From NCBI GenBank assembly GCA_032718475.1, contig JAUCBJ010000972.1, forward strand, positions 1-38,884: a DNA stretch of 38,884 nt, read 5' to 3'. A model generated the notes under the pieces. That model was not told the origin of the DNA. It did no database searches and saw only the letters and a program-made list of their open reading frames with translations. The stretch comes from Nemertoderma westbladi. Its lineage: Eukaryota > Animalia > Xenacoelomorpha. Both the position numbers and the translations under genes were made by a program. This document shows positions 23,843 to 34,661 of this stretch, one piece after another (the stretch's first letter is position 1; each line of letters begins with the position of its first letter).

Positions 23843-24400
23843 GTCATTAGTACAGTATCTATGCCCAAATTTTTTATTTTTTTAAGATTATTTTATTAAG
23901 ATTTTTTACATTTTGTTTGGCATTGTATTATCAATTTTATTCTAGAATTATGTAATTTTGTTGCTATGCTTACATAAGTAAAATAAATTTCAATTTATTT
24001 CATATTTCTTATTCTTATTGACAAATATTTTTGATGATTAAAGTACATTTTTAATTTTTTCACTAGCTAATAAAAAGTACTCGTTAACACAAAATCAAAA
24101 TTACTAGCTAACATCTCTTTGTCATATGGCCAAATATTTATTCTAGAACAAAAATCGTTATAAAAAAAACATTTTCACAAGAAAAAGTTGGTCAATTATT
24201 TTTTAATTTTTCAGTTATGATTTTTTTTCACTAGCTAATATAAAGTACTAGCTAACACAAAATTAAAATTACTGGCTACCATCTTACTGTCAGAGGGACA
24301 AATATTTGTTCTAGAACAAAAAACCTCGTGATATAAACCGATAATCACCAACCATTTTAATCAATTTTTTTAATTTGTGCATAGATACTATACTAATGCC
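23843..24400. mobile_element. MITE with about 30-bp TIRs and a 9-bp TSD (Mutator-like)
   Basis: TIRs gtcattagtacagtatctatgcccaaatt / aatttgtgcatagatactatactaatgcc. CGTTGCGAT is duplicated at 23834-23842 and 24401-24409. Confidence 0.8.
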
Positions 24401-24470
24401 CGTTGCGATTGACTGGAAACTACTGTAGTACACGTAGCAATTAATTCTTTCTGACTTTCTAACATTTTCT

Positions 24471-25904
24471 TTATAAATAAATTAATTTTTGAGATTTCGC
24501 TTTAGGAAATGCTTCATCTATCATTGCTTCACGATATTCCTCGACGTCTAGACCAATAAATGTCTTCATGTAATGTATAAGTAAGTCGTAATATATTTCC
24601 GAACATATTGCTATTTTTCGCAACAGATAACCAACTTCTATAAGACAGAGTTCTTTTTTATCTGTATTTTTGTAAATTTTTGAATCACTTGTGATCATGA
24701 TTGGGGAAAACTGTGTTCCAGGGAATTTAGTCACTTTCCCTTTCTTCAAATCCCATTTGAAATTAATCACGTCTATTATGAAACCTTTTGGCTTCAAATA
24801 TACTCCCTTAAAACTCCCGGTAACCTCACAGAAACTTAATGACGGTTTACCTCCGTAACCTTCACTATGCACTCGAACCTTACCAACATATGTCAGTTTT
24901 ATCATATCCTGTATTCCGGCGGCCACAGAAATTGCTGAATTTAAAAATAAATTCTGTGGTATGATGGACATTGAGTCTTTCGGCAAAATGTCAAGGAAGC
25001 CGTTAACAAAATCTCGAAACTCAGCTAAGGAGCCCCGTTGATTGGGTTTCGTGCTCTGAAAGGAGCCTTTTATTTTTTCTAAGGGTTTTCGCTTTACTAA
25101 ATAAAATTTGTACAATTCGTTATCTTTTTGTAACACAATTGTTCCATTTATTTCATCAATCTGGTGAATTCCAGTGATCCAAAACTTAAACTCATTCCTG
25201 TTGGTTCTTGGATTTATTTCCGTATACAGAGCTTTTTCCATACATTTAGAGCTGGCTGAATGTTCTGGAACCAGAGTGAATTGTTTAAATGAGGCGATTG
25301 GAATGAACTCACCTTCTCGGATTCCCATAATACTTAAATTCTCTCCTTTAATTTGTGATATTTGTACTCCTGAAATTTTCACGGGGAGCCATTCTTCCTC
25401 ATAAACCTCACAAAATTGCTTAAACTCTAATTCATTCTCAAAGTATATGGAATAAGAATTTGAATACGTTTCTCTTGATGTTTTTATGTGACTATTTCGA
25501 ATTAGAACAGAATATTTTTTTGAATCAAATGTAACCTTTGATGCATAGTCAATGACGTGCATGGTATCCTTTTTACCTCCATCACAGCCACGACCTTCCG
25601 GCTCATTCTCCCAGTCCACCACAGCTAATGGATAAAATACCCTTGTCTCTGAAATTTGTGACATATTCCATTCGATTGTTCCCTCTATATCTTGGAAGAG
25701 ATCTTCTCGGTAGATTTCATCTGTCAGTAACAATATGTAGTTGTGATAATTATCATCTTTCAGATGCATGCAATGTAATACAGTGGGTCTAGGACGATCA
25801 TTACTTGGGATTGGGAACGAAATATTTGGGCCTAGCATGAGTTTGTCAAGCAAATCTATGGTTCTTCCGCCACTGAACTTTTCTTTTTCTTTTTCTGCTT
25901 GCAT
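24471..25904 (-). CDS. Uncharacterised 477-aa protein, paralog of 14474..15862; possible tandem PH-like domains
   Basis: Long uninterrupted ORF with colinear similarity to the 462-aa ORF over most of its length. Confidence 0.82.
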   Translation of the reverse strand: MQAEKEKEKFSGGRTIDLLDKLMLGPNISFPIPSNDRPRPTVLHCMHLKDDNYHNYILLLTDEIYREDLFQDIEGTIEWNMSQISETRVFYPLAVVDWENEPEGRGCDGGKKDTMHVIDYASKVTFDSKKYSVLIRNSHIKTSRETYSNSYSIYFENELEFKQFCEVYEEEWLPVKISGVQISQIKGENLSIMGIREGEFIPIASFKQFTLVPEHSASSKCMEKALYTEINPRTNRNEFKFWITGIHQIDEINGTIVLQKDNELYKFYLVKRKPLEKIKGSFQSTKPNQRGSLAEFRDFVNGFLDILPKDSMSIIPQNLFLNSAISVAAGIQDMIKLTYVGKVRVHSEGYGGKPSLSFCEVTGSFKGVYLKPKGFIIDVINFKWDLKKGKVTKFPGTQFSPIMITSDSKIYKNTDKKELCLIEVGYLLRKIAICSEIYYDLLIHYMKTFIGLDVEEYREAMIDEAFPKAKSQKLIYL

Positions 25905-26609
25905 TATTGTTTTAGCTATACTTTTTCTACTTCTTGTAGATAATGAAATTTGTTGAAATTTTATATTTAAATCCTTTAACCGAACACCTATACCTGGCAG
26001 AGATGGGGGAGGTGGGGGGGGGGGAATCTTGAATCGGCGAATTTATATCTCGCCTCAATGTTAAATTATCAATTTATAGAAAGGAGCAGGTAGCAGTTGC
26101 ACGTACAAAAACAATAAACTATACTCAACAGAAGCTGTTGCCGGTACAGTTTTATTTATTGGAGTAATCAGCTGTTTTTTGCGTCAATTTTCACATGAAA
26201 AGGGATGAATTTTGATTGAGTCGAAGTCTGATTACATTGACAATCTACGGCAGGTAAATAACGAAAGATTTTCTAGAAAGCAAAAATTAAAATACAGTAT
26301 CACTCACTCAGTATAAGGTCGAGGGAGCATAGACGCACGATACGTGGGCGGGTCTGTAGCCCCCCCCCCCCCCCCCACCCCAGTGATCCAAAAGAGGGGG
26401 GCGAAAAATCCGAGAAGGAAGAATGGGGCGAACAAATATAATCAAGGAAGAATGAGAGGGAGAAGGTGTTCTAATGTTCTAGAACATTCACCAATTTCAA
26501 AAAAGCACTAAAAAATGACAGGGGGTGTCGACAGGGCGAAGTAGAACCGGCTCTTCCGCCCAGCTAGCAAGTCGTCGGCATAATTGATGGCATGAACCTG
26601 CTGGTTTAT

Positions 26610-26930
26610 AAGCTCCTGTAGATTAACCAAGTAATGCCTCAGAGCCAGAACAAGCAGTCAAGTTTTATGAAGATCTGACTGGACTTATAAAGGACACTCC
26701 GAAACACAACGTCAAAGTCATTGCTGGTGACCTGAATGCGCAAATTGGGCCATAAGACATCAAGGGTTACACCTATAACACCAGTGCTTACTCTTAGACC
26801 TAATGGAAGAATGTGAATTGATACCAACAAACAACACATTCGAAAAGAGTAAGGGGAAGCTATGGACCTTTCAATACCCTAATGGAACCAAAGCACAACT
26901 GGATTACACCGTTATAAACAAAAAGTGGTT
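26610..26930 (+). pseudogene. RTE-type LINE apurinic endonuclease fragment
   Basis: FYEDLTGLIKDTPKHNVKVIAGDLNAQIG and NNTFEKSKGKLWTFQYPNGTKAQLDY (APE motifs GDxNA and T...LDY). Confidence 0.8.
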
Positions 26931-28059
26931 TTTGCTGAGTCAACTCTCGGGGCAAATACCACACCCTAGTTCTGTAGTTTGCCATTCCACAGGGTGGGTG
27001 TCGCAGTTGAGACAGATATGAGGCCCATCACCTAATGCGCATACCTAATAATGTGATGTACAGCTGTGCTTGTGTTGGCTGTGCAGCTCATCTGCTGGGT
27101 CATGCCCTGTACCCCTGCTACCAGGTGCTGGTCGCAGTGAAGTGCACTCAAATTGGACATGAGAACACTCTAACCTGACCAACCATTGGTAGATCACCAT
27201 CTATCTGCTTCGTCAGGCAATATATCCCTGCAGCCGAGTATATGGGTCCGTAATCCAGGACCAAGGGTGTTCCTATCCCAGAACGAAGGGGGTCCTAGTT
27301 ACAGGACCAGATTATGCCCTTATTAAGAGGATCTATGCAGCCATACAGGTGGCACCTCCTTTATGCTGCATGGAGGTGGCAAGTTTTCTGAATCAATGAC
27401 CTAGAATACCTGACCTGACCAAAGTTAGTTTACTGCAGTAGTTAATAAAAAGTACCAGCTAACACAAAATCAAAATTACTAGCTACCATCTTACTGTCAG
27501 AAGGTTAAATATTTGTTCTAGAACAAAAAACCTCATGATAAAAGCCATTTTCATGTGAAAAAATTAATTGGTAAAGAAGTGGGTACCCAATACATAACAA
27601 TTTGAGACACATATACTACTACTACACTAGTTACCATCTTACTTCGATGCTCGCCTGACAACTACTAAACGTTGTAATTTAATCTCACCTATCGGATTAT
27701 CTATACCTCAAAAACTCTTGTCCCTAAAAAAAGATCCATTATATCGAGCGTAAACAATTGCTGAATAAAACCCTTAATAAGGAAAAACCCACATCTTTAT
27801 ATACTGTATATATAAGAAATACAAATTCTTTATATATAAAATTTCAATAAATTTTCCACCGAAAGTGAAAAATCACAAAAGTGAAATATAAAAATCTACG
27901 GTGGTCCAACTTCGGCCACAACAACTTGCTTAGAGTGTGTTACTATGTTTTCTAGAATACGGTCGATTTATTGTAATTATAGTTTCTTATCACAAAGAAC
28001 AAATTGCCAATTACCACATTATAGTTATAAATACCAGACTCTTCGATTCTAATCTACGG

Positions 28060-29432
28060 CCCGGAATATAGTGTCGAATTTAGAGTCCATATCAATGTGT
28101 ACATCGAGTCAAAGAGTATAACAGGTCATAGAGTAGTAGCCTACAAACATTGAAAAAAGGTACAACATGACAAAGTGAACAACAGCCATGTCAAAGGGTT
28201 CAAAAACCACGTCAAAGGGTACAAATGTTACAGAAAGGGTACAACAAGTCGAAGGGCACAACATACGTACCAAAGGGTACAAAAAACACGTCAAAGTACA
28301 GTTTATACAGTACCCAGGTGCCAGGCGCAGAATTTGGGATTATCCTGTTTGGGGGCCTCCAAAAGCTGGCAGGTTAGTAAAGGAGCAGGTTACAGAGGCA
28401 AGTTGAAAGGAACCAAAACAATAAACGTGAATTAGGCATGTTGTAGAATAGAAAACCAAATTTAATTTGGAATCAGCAGCCAGATGTATGTATAGACCTA
28501 CCGGAACTTTGAAAAGGCGTTTTGTACCCTTTGACTCGTTGTACCCTTTGATGTTGTACACTTTGACTCGTTTTTTTTTCACTTTGACTCTTTTTGTTCA
28601 CTTTGACTCGTTGTACACGTTGGCCGTTATACCCATTAATCATTGACCGAATTAGAGTCGTACACCCCCCCCCCCCCCCCCGCCCCAAAAAAAATAATAA
28701 AAATTGTTCTTCAAATCTTAATCAGATTGCACGAAATTCGAAACAGTTTCACCTCCCGAGTTCGTGGGCGAGCCAGAATTTTACCTTTTCTTTCATTCTT
28801 TAGCTTCAAGCGTTTAAAAAATTGTTCCAGTGATATTCCACCAGATACACCGCAGTTATTCTTCTACCTTATAGCTGTTGAAAGCGGGCCGTGCAAGGAT
28901 TGCAAATGTGTAAAAATATTTGAATTTGGTTGGGAAATAGCGCAGTTATGGGCATTCGAATGCTGCATGTTTTGCTTCCGCTGCAGGTCATGTATTCTAT
29001 TATTAAATACACAATGTTCTAGAACATTTTGTTTATCTTATAAGTAGCTTGGCAACAATGCAATGCCAATATGATAACACTAGTACCGGTAGTACTGTAT
29101 ATGGATATTATGCATAAACATGCAACTTTCGAATGCCCTTATATCTCAGCTATTTCCCAACCGAAAATTCAAATGTTTTTACATAATATTTGGAATTCTT
29201 GCATGGCCAGCTTTTTAACAGTATCAACAAAGAGCTACAAGGTAGAAGAATAACTGCGGTGGGACTGGTGTATTATCGCCGTAGACATGGACGGGGAGGC
29301 CGGAGACAGTAGTGCCCGGGAAGTTAAACTCCATGTTTCAAATCTCGTGCAATCTCACTAAGATTTGTCTAAAAAATGATATTTTTGGGGGTGGTGGGTT
29401 GTGACACTGAATTACGACACTATATTCCAGGG
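28060..29432. mobile_element. Old nested inverted-repeat (MITE/foldback) elements
   Basis: Outer inverted matches: ggaatatagtgtcg near 28063 vs cgacactatattcc near 29415; 28712-28745 vs 29335-29367; 28849-28972 vs 29116-29261. An inner element at about 28094-28621 has gtcaaagggtacaa / ttgtaccctttgac subrepeats. Confidence 0.6.
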
Positions 29433-29744
29433 CATTATTGTGTATTTGTAAGATACGTAACATACATACTGTATGGCCTGGCATGTTATTGAATCGAATA
29501 GCTTACAATAACAATGCCTCTAGTACAGAAAGACTTTATAAAACTTTCCCAAAATCGTACGCTCTGCACAATTAGCACACTACTAGGATTGGTTGTGCTA
29601 TAAGTCGTGGAATACAGTAAGTAAAAAATGTCCTGGGATATAGTGAATAAAATTCTGTCCTTGTACTGGAATATAGAGCTATATTGCATCAATATCGCAT
29701 TTCCACTTACTAACTATAACTACTGGCCTGTACATACAGTGTAC

Positions 29745-29960
29745 AGTAGCTTGTGGGGTTGTCACTCTCTTTGTTTCTAGCTGTGAGGTCCCGGGTTCGA
29801 TCCCCTGCCGAGCAAGTTACAATTTCATAACAGGCGAACCAACCCAGCGATTTGGGGACGTGGCTAGTTAATCTTAGGATTTTCCATCCTTGGGAGTTAG
29901 TGTGGGACCCACCCCGAATTAAAGGTTACAGCCAGGAGAGATGAAACCGCGGTGTTGTGT
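29745..29960 (+). mobile_element. tRNA-derived SINE remnant
   Basis: Weak A box tagcttgtgg (29747-29756) and strong B box GGTTCGATCCC (29794-29804). No complete cloverleaf, and the 3' limit is approximate. Confidence 0.5.
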
Positions 29961-30476
29961 GTTCAACTTTCACTCATAATTTAATATATTTAATTATATA
30001 TTTAAAAATAAAGTAACACCATAAGAATAAAGTTAAACATCACATTTATAAGTTTGAACCAACTGAGTTATGTTAAATTACAACTTACCCGGCGTTTGTT
30101 ATTCGATGGCGTTTTATTTTATGGTTACAGTCGTGATTCATACCAGGGTAGACGTACAGCACAGCTGTTGAATGGCAATATACAAAAATATCTCATGGGC
30201 ACTGCAATCCATCAAGTTTTTATTATATTCATTTCAAATTTGGTTACCAACAACATAGTAGAAAAACAGCACAATAGTTTGAAAAAACTTATATTTACAA
30301 ATCAAAATAAACCGTCTTTTATGTTAATGTATAAATTACTTTACCAACAAATGTCATGTTGGGTATATAAACCGAAAAGTAATCCAGGATAGAAAGTATT
30401 GCATAGCGACCGAATATGGATTCATATTTACTTATTCTTACAGTTGAATATAATTAAATTGTATAAACTTTCGGTA

Positions 30477-32603
30477 TCACTCCATCATAGCCAAGAGATC
30501 GTCTGCACTTTCATCCATCAATTCGTCAACTCCATCGGATTTAACGGCGGCCTTATCGTCATCAAAGAAAGCGACAGCTTCGCTTTCCGAAACTCCATCA
30601 GCAGCGTCGCTGTGAGTTACAAGACCCAACTGATTGGCCACAACTTCCGCCCAGAACCCAGTCTTACCCTGCGATTTCGTCCAATCTTTAACTAGTTTTA
30701 TCTTACCGTTATAGACATCTGATTGGCCCCTCGCGACACAATCTTCCCGCATCGCTCGCAGACAATCGATACACTTACCGAAGGATTGATCCCCGAAGGA
30801 ATCCGCTAACAATTTAATCAACATGTCGTATAATTCGTCGACGACTGCGACGAACCGACAACCGGGAAGGCGAGACAAAGTCCGGAAATCCGACACGGGA
30901 TTAACCGAACCGACAACCGACACTTTACTTTTAGTTCCATCGAATATCGTAGGAACCGACGGCTCGTCCAGGTCGCCCCACAACGCCCCTTTGCCCGTCT
31001 TCTGGGCGACGGCCTTCAGAACGAATTTATTCCTTATATTTTCGAGGCTTTCCGAGAATTTAACTTGAATCTCTCGGGGGACGTCGAAATAACTCGATAA
31101 TAGTCGGTCTAACTCCGGGACTCCCTCCCTCTCGGTGTCCATCACTTTCTGCTCCATGGTCTGGTAGATCTGCTGGAGTTTAGGGTTGGGAACCGCGGAT
31201 GGCGGCTGCCAATCTCCGACCGCCGATAAATCCATAGAATCTATGAGGCTATCGATGCAACTCAGTTGCTCGGCCGTGGGTTGTTGGGAAGATCTGGAAT
31301 CCAACGAGGGGAACTGTAACGGACGCAGATCTTCTAGGAAAGGTAGTTGAACTGCGGTGCAGTAAGCGGCGCCGTCCACCGCCGGTGCCAAGGCGACGAG
31401 ACGCGGTGCGGACGCCGCGCTGTAGCAGTACCTAACGATAGCGACTCCGTCGACCTCCCGCAAGGCCGCGACGAAGGCGGCTAACGCGGCCCCCCCGGCC
31501 CGGTCCCCCGGGACGGCCGCGACCACGCACACTGAATCCCCTACCCAGCGGTGGCGGCCCACGTTGCTCGCCCCGGTGAACCCCAGCACTCGGTAGCACT
31601 TCTCGCCCCGGTACGCCATACTCAACTCGTCCTCCTCCGAGAACGGGACCAGCGTGTTCCCGTAACGATATCCCTTAACCAACTCATCGCGTTCCAACTC
31701 CTCTTCGTTGTCGCCACTCAAATAGGTTCTGTTATAAATGACGTCACCGGAACCCGACGCCGGTTGTTTCTTAAAACTCGTCGGTTTCGCCTCTTTTGTT
31801 TTTAAGTAGCGACAGACTGGGATACCGATACGAGGTCCTATCTCCAGGGTCACCTTCCACGCGGTCTGCTTAACGGCTTTATTCTGGTAGAAACTTAGAG
31901 TTGGAATGACATCAAGGTAACTGTACGAGGAGACGGGCAACCCAGACGTACGGAGGTCTCGCAGTAACGTCTCGCCTTTGAGCTGTTGGTCGGTTTTTGG
32001 TTTCCCCTCTGGCGGCGGTGGCGGCGGACTGGAATTAGCGATGCTGGTGCTGCAGCCGCATTCACGACCACCACTTATTGGTGGGTCGGGAGCCGGAAGC
32101 AACTCGATATCGAAGGGACTGATCACATCCAACTCCACCGATTCCTTAAGGAATCCTTGAGAGATAACATTGAGATTGTCCGCGCAAAATGGGGTAGACA
32201 AATTGGTGAACAATATAATTCTGCGGGTGTCGTAACTTTGTTTATATTTTCCGTTAACTAGAAGGTCCATGGATACCACTAGAGCATCTAACATATCTGC
32301 GTTCGAATTTCCCGCCTTCAGATCTCGCATTTTCTCTAGCATATCGAACTTAGGCGCGCTCAACTCCTGAAGGACACGAATGTGTGTGTAACTTTCTCCA
32401 TCGAATAAACTGTTGACAGTCTCTTCGCAACCGAATATTACTACAGCCACATCATCTTTGGACTCAGCGAATATTTTTCGGCGTATCAGCATCGATATGC
32501 AAATGAGAGAAGTTTCTAGGGGTGTTTCTGATCCAGGGGGAGATGAACCCATGTGATTACCCACATCCAAACAGATACAAAGAGCTTCTTTATCGCCAGG
32601 CAT
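30477..32603 (-). CDS. XRCC5: Ku80 (X-ray repair cross-complementing protein 5), intronless, 708 aa
   Basis: N-terminal vWA domain (KEALCICLDVG, RKIFAESKDDVAVVIFG, ADMLDALVVSMD, RRIILFT). Ku core (VKGYRYGNTLVPFSEED, VLGFT, AIVRY, QLPFLEDLR..FPSL, PTAEQLSCIDSLIDSMDL, PNP.LQ). C-terminal domain (VGSVNPVSDF) and an acidic DNA-PKcs-binding tail (ADDLLAMME). Confidence 0.96.
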   Translation of the reverse strand: MPGDKEALCICLDVGNHMGSSPPGSETPLETSLICISMLIRRKIFAESKDDVAVVIFGCEETVNSLFDGESYTHIRVLQELSAPKFDMLEKMRDLKAGNSNADMLDALVVSMDLLVNGKYKQSYDTRRIILFTNLSTPFCADNLNVISQGFLKESVELDVISPFDIELLPAPDPPISGGRECGCSTSIANSSPPPPPPEGKPKTDQQLKGETLLRDLRTSGLPVSSYSYLDVIPTLSFYQNKAVKQTAWKVTLEIGPRIGIPVCRYLKTKEAKPTSFKKQPASGSGDVIYNRTYLSGDNEEELERDELVKGYRYGNTLVPFSEEDELSMAYRGEKCYRVLGFTGASNVGRHRWVGDSVCVVAAVPGDRAGGAALAAFVAALREVDGVAIVRYCYSAASAPRLVALAPAVDGAAYCTAVQLPFLEDLRPLQFPSLDSRSSQQPTAEQLSCIDSLIDSMDLSAVGDWQPPSAVPNPKLQQIYQTMEQKVMDTEREGVPELDRLLSSYFDVPREIQVKFSESLENIRNKFVLKAVAQKTGKGALWGDLDEPSVPTIFDGTKSKVSVVGSVNPVSDFRTLSRLPGCRFVAVVDELYDMLIKLLADSFGDQSFGKCIDCLRAMREDCVARGQSDVYNGKIKLVKDWTKSQGKTGFWAEVVANQLGLVTHSDAADGVSESEAVAFFDDDKAAVKSDGVDELMDESADDLLAMME

Positions 32604-32909
32604 TATCTCATTATAATATTGCAGTATTGTAAAGGCCTAATTCTGTAATTAGGCCTAGCGGTATATTAAAATTTTCACTGGCTGACTACAGGACTGGAGA
32701 AAAACAACAAGGTAGGCCTATAGGCCGGTAGGCCTACTGTATAGACAGATAGGTATACAGGTATACTGGTACCTACACCTGTACAGCTGTATACGCTATA
32801 CACATACTTTCAGTACAAACCAGCTGACCACCAGGTACACTCCCAGTTGCTAAGCGATTAGGCCTATGTATGTATGGATGTGTTTTATTGACCCAATATT
32901 AAAAGCAAG

Positions 32910-33552
32910 TTATTATTATTATTATTATTGCACCTCTATACATAATTAATTAATTTAAATAAGAAACCAGTATATAGAGGGGGAACATGACCCCAGGTAC
33001 AAAGTACACTAATGGGTGAAATAAAATATTACAATATAAATTCCGCCCCTTTAAGTGAAATCAAATTATACGTACTGTACTATACGGAAAAAACACATAC
33101 TGATAAAATTGGTGCATTAAAATTAAAATATATATATATAAATAATAAAAAATTATGTTTTATATTAGTCTAAAAATCTGTTAAAATGACTGTATGGAAG
33201 TAGATCAATCTGTAAAATTCTAGATTTAAAAATATTATAGCTGGACGCATTTACTAACTCAGACGGCAATGAATTCCAGATATCTACTATGCGGTGAGAA
33301 AAAGCAAATTTCACCATTTGTAGACGGGCTTAAAAATTTTCATATTATGCCCTCTTGAAGATTGAGGCGTATTGAGGGTAAAAAAGTTATCAATTGGTTG
33401 GTCAACACGCCTATGTAAAATAAAGTACACCATTTTTAAATCAGTAAGTAACCTACAGTACGTACTTCTAGTGGTTGCAATTTCAACTGTAATAAGCGAT
33501 TCATATTGTCTACATATCTTACATTGCACCTAGAAAAGAGTCTACGTGTGAA
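32910..33552 (-). mobile_element. CR1-type LINE 3' end (duplicated copy)
   Basis: Matches 35778-36433. Encodes SRGHNMKIFKP and has an (AAT)n tail near 32910-32929. Confidence 0.85.
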
Positions 33553-34492
33553 CGCGATATCCCTTAACCAACTCATCGCGTTCCAACTCCTCTTCGTTGT
33601 CGCCACTCAAATAGGTTCTGTTATAAATGACGTCACCGGAACCCGACGCCGGTTGTTTCTTAAAACTCGTCGGTTTCGCCTCTTTTGTTTTTAAGTAGCG
33701 ACAGACTGGGATACCGATACGAGGTCCTATCTCCAGGGTCACCTTCCACGCGGTCTGCTTAACGGCTTTATTCTGGTAGAAACTTAGAGTTGGAATGACA
33801 TCAAGGTAACTGTACGAGGAGACGGGCAACCCAGACGTACGGAGGTCTCGCAGTAACGTCTCGCCTTTGAGCTGTTGGTCGGTTTTTGGTTTCCCCTCTG
33901 GCGGCGGTGGCGGCGGACTGGAATTAGCGTTGCTGGTGCTGCAGCCGCATTCACGACCACCATTTATTGGTGGGTCGGGAGCCGGAAGCAACTCGATATC
34001 GAAGGGACTGATCACATCCAACTCCACCGATTCCTTAAGGAATCCTTGAGAGATAACATTGAGATTGTCCGCACAAAATGGGGTAGACAAATTGGTGAAC
34101 AATATAATTCTGCGGGTGTCGTAACTTTGTTTATATTTTCCTTTAACTAGAAAGTCCATGGATACCACTAGAGCATCTAACATATCTGCGTTCGAATTTC
34201 CCGCCTTCAGATCTCGCATTTTCTCTAGCATATCGAACTTAGGCGCGCTCAACTCCTGAAGGACACGAATGTGTGTGTAACTTTCTCCATCGAATAAACT
34301 GTTGACAGTCTCTTCGCAACCGAATATTACTACAGCCACATCATCTTTGGACTCAGCGAATATTTTTCGGCGTATCAGCATCGATATGCAAATGAGAGAA
34401 GTTTCTAGGGGTGTTTCTGATCCAGGAGGAGATGAACCCATGTGATTACCCACATCCAAACAGATACAACGAGCTTCTTTATCGCCCGGCAT
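33542..34492 (-). pseudogene. XRCC5: Truncated Ku80 duplicate (316 aa: vWA domain plus start of the core), reading frame intact
   Basis: Matches the N-terminal part of 30477..32603 up to KGYR, with 5 amino-acid changes seen, then VHT-stop from the junction. Confidence 0.88.
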
Positions 34493-34661
34493 TATCTCGA
34501 ATTATAATATTGCAGTATTGTAAAGGCCTAATTCTGTAATTAGGCCTAGCGGTATATTAAAATTGTCACTGGCTGACTACAGGACTGGAGAAAAACAACA
34601 AGGTATGAGGTAGGCCTATAGGCCGGTAGGCCTACTGTATAGACAGATAGGTATACAGGTA

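Noticed and set aside
27170-27225. Hammerhead on the minus strand (CTGACGA near 27210)
   Set aside because: No GAAA and stem II geometry follows the core.
28109-29253. Cluster of short ORFs (60-134 aa)
   Set aside because: They arise from low-complexity subrepeats and inverted-repeat elements and show no protein motifs.
32630-32880. Repeated AGGCCT palindromes upstream of Ku80 as promoter elements
   Set aside because: They are plausible, but no TSS data exist and the motif also occurs in the LTRs, so a specific regulatory call cannot be supported.
30477-34492. Prokaryotic or viral Ku/LigD-type repair locus
   Set aside because: The protein has the eukaryotic vWA and C-terminal domains, and no ligase or operon-like neighbours are present.
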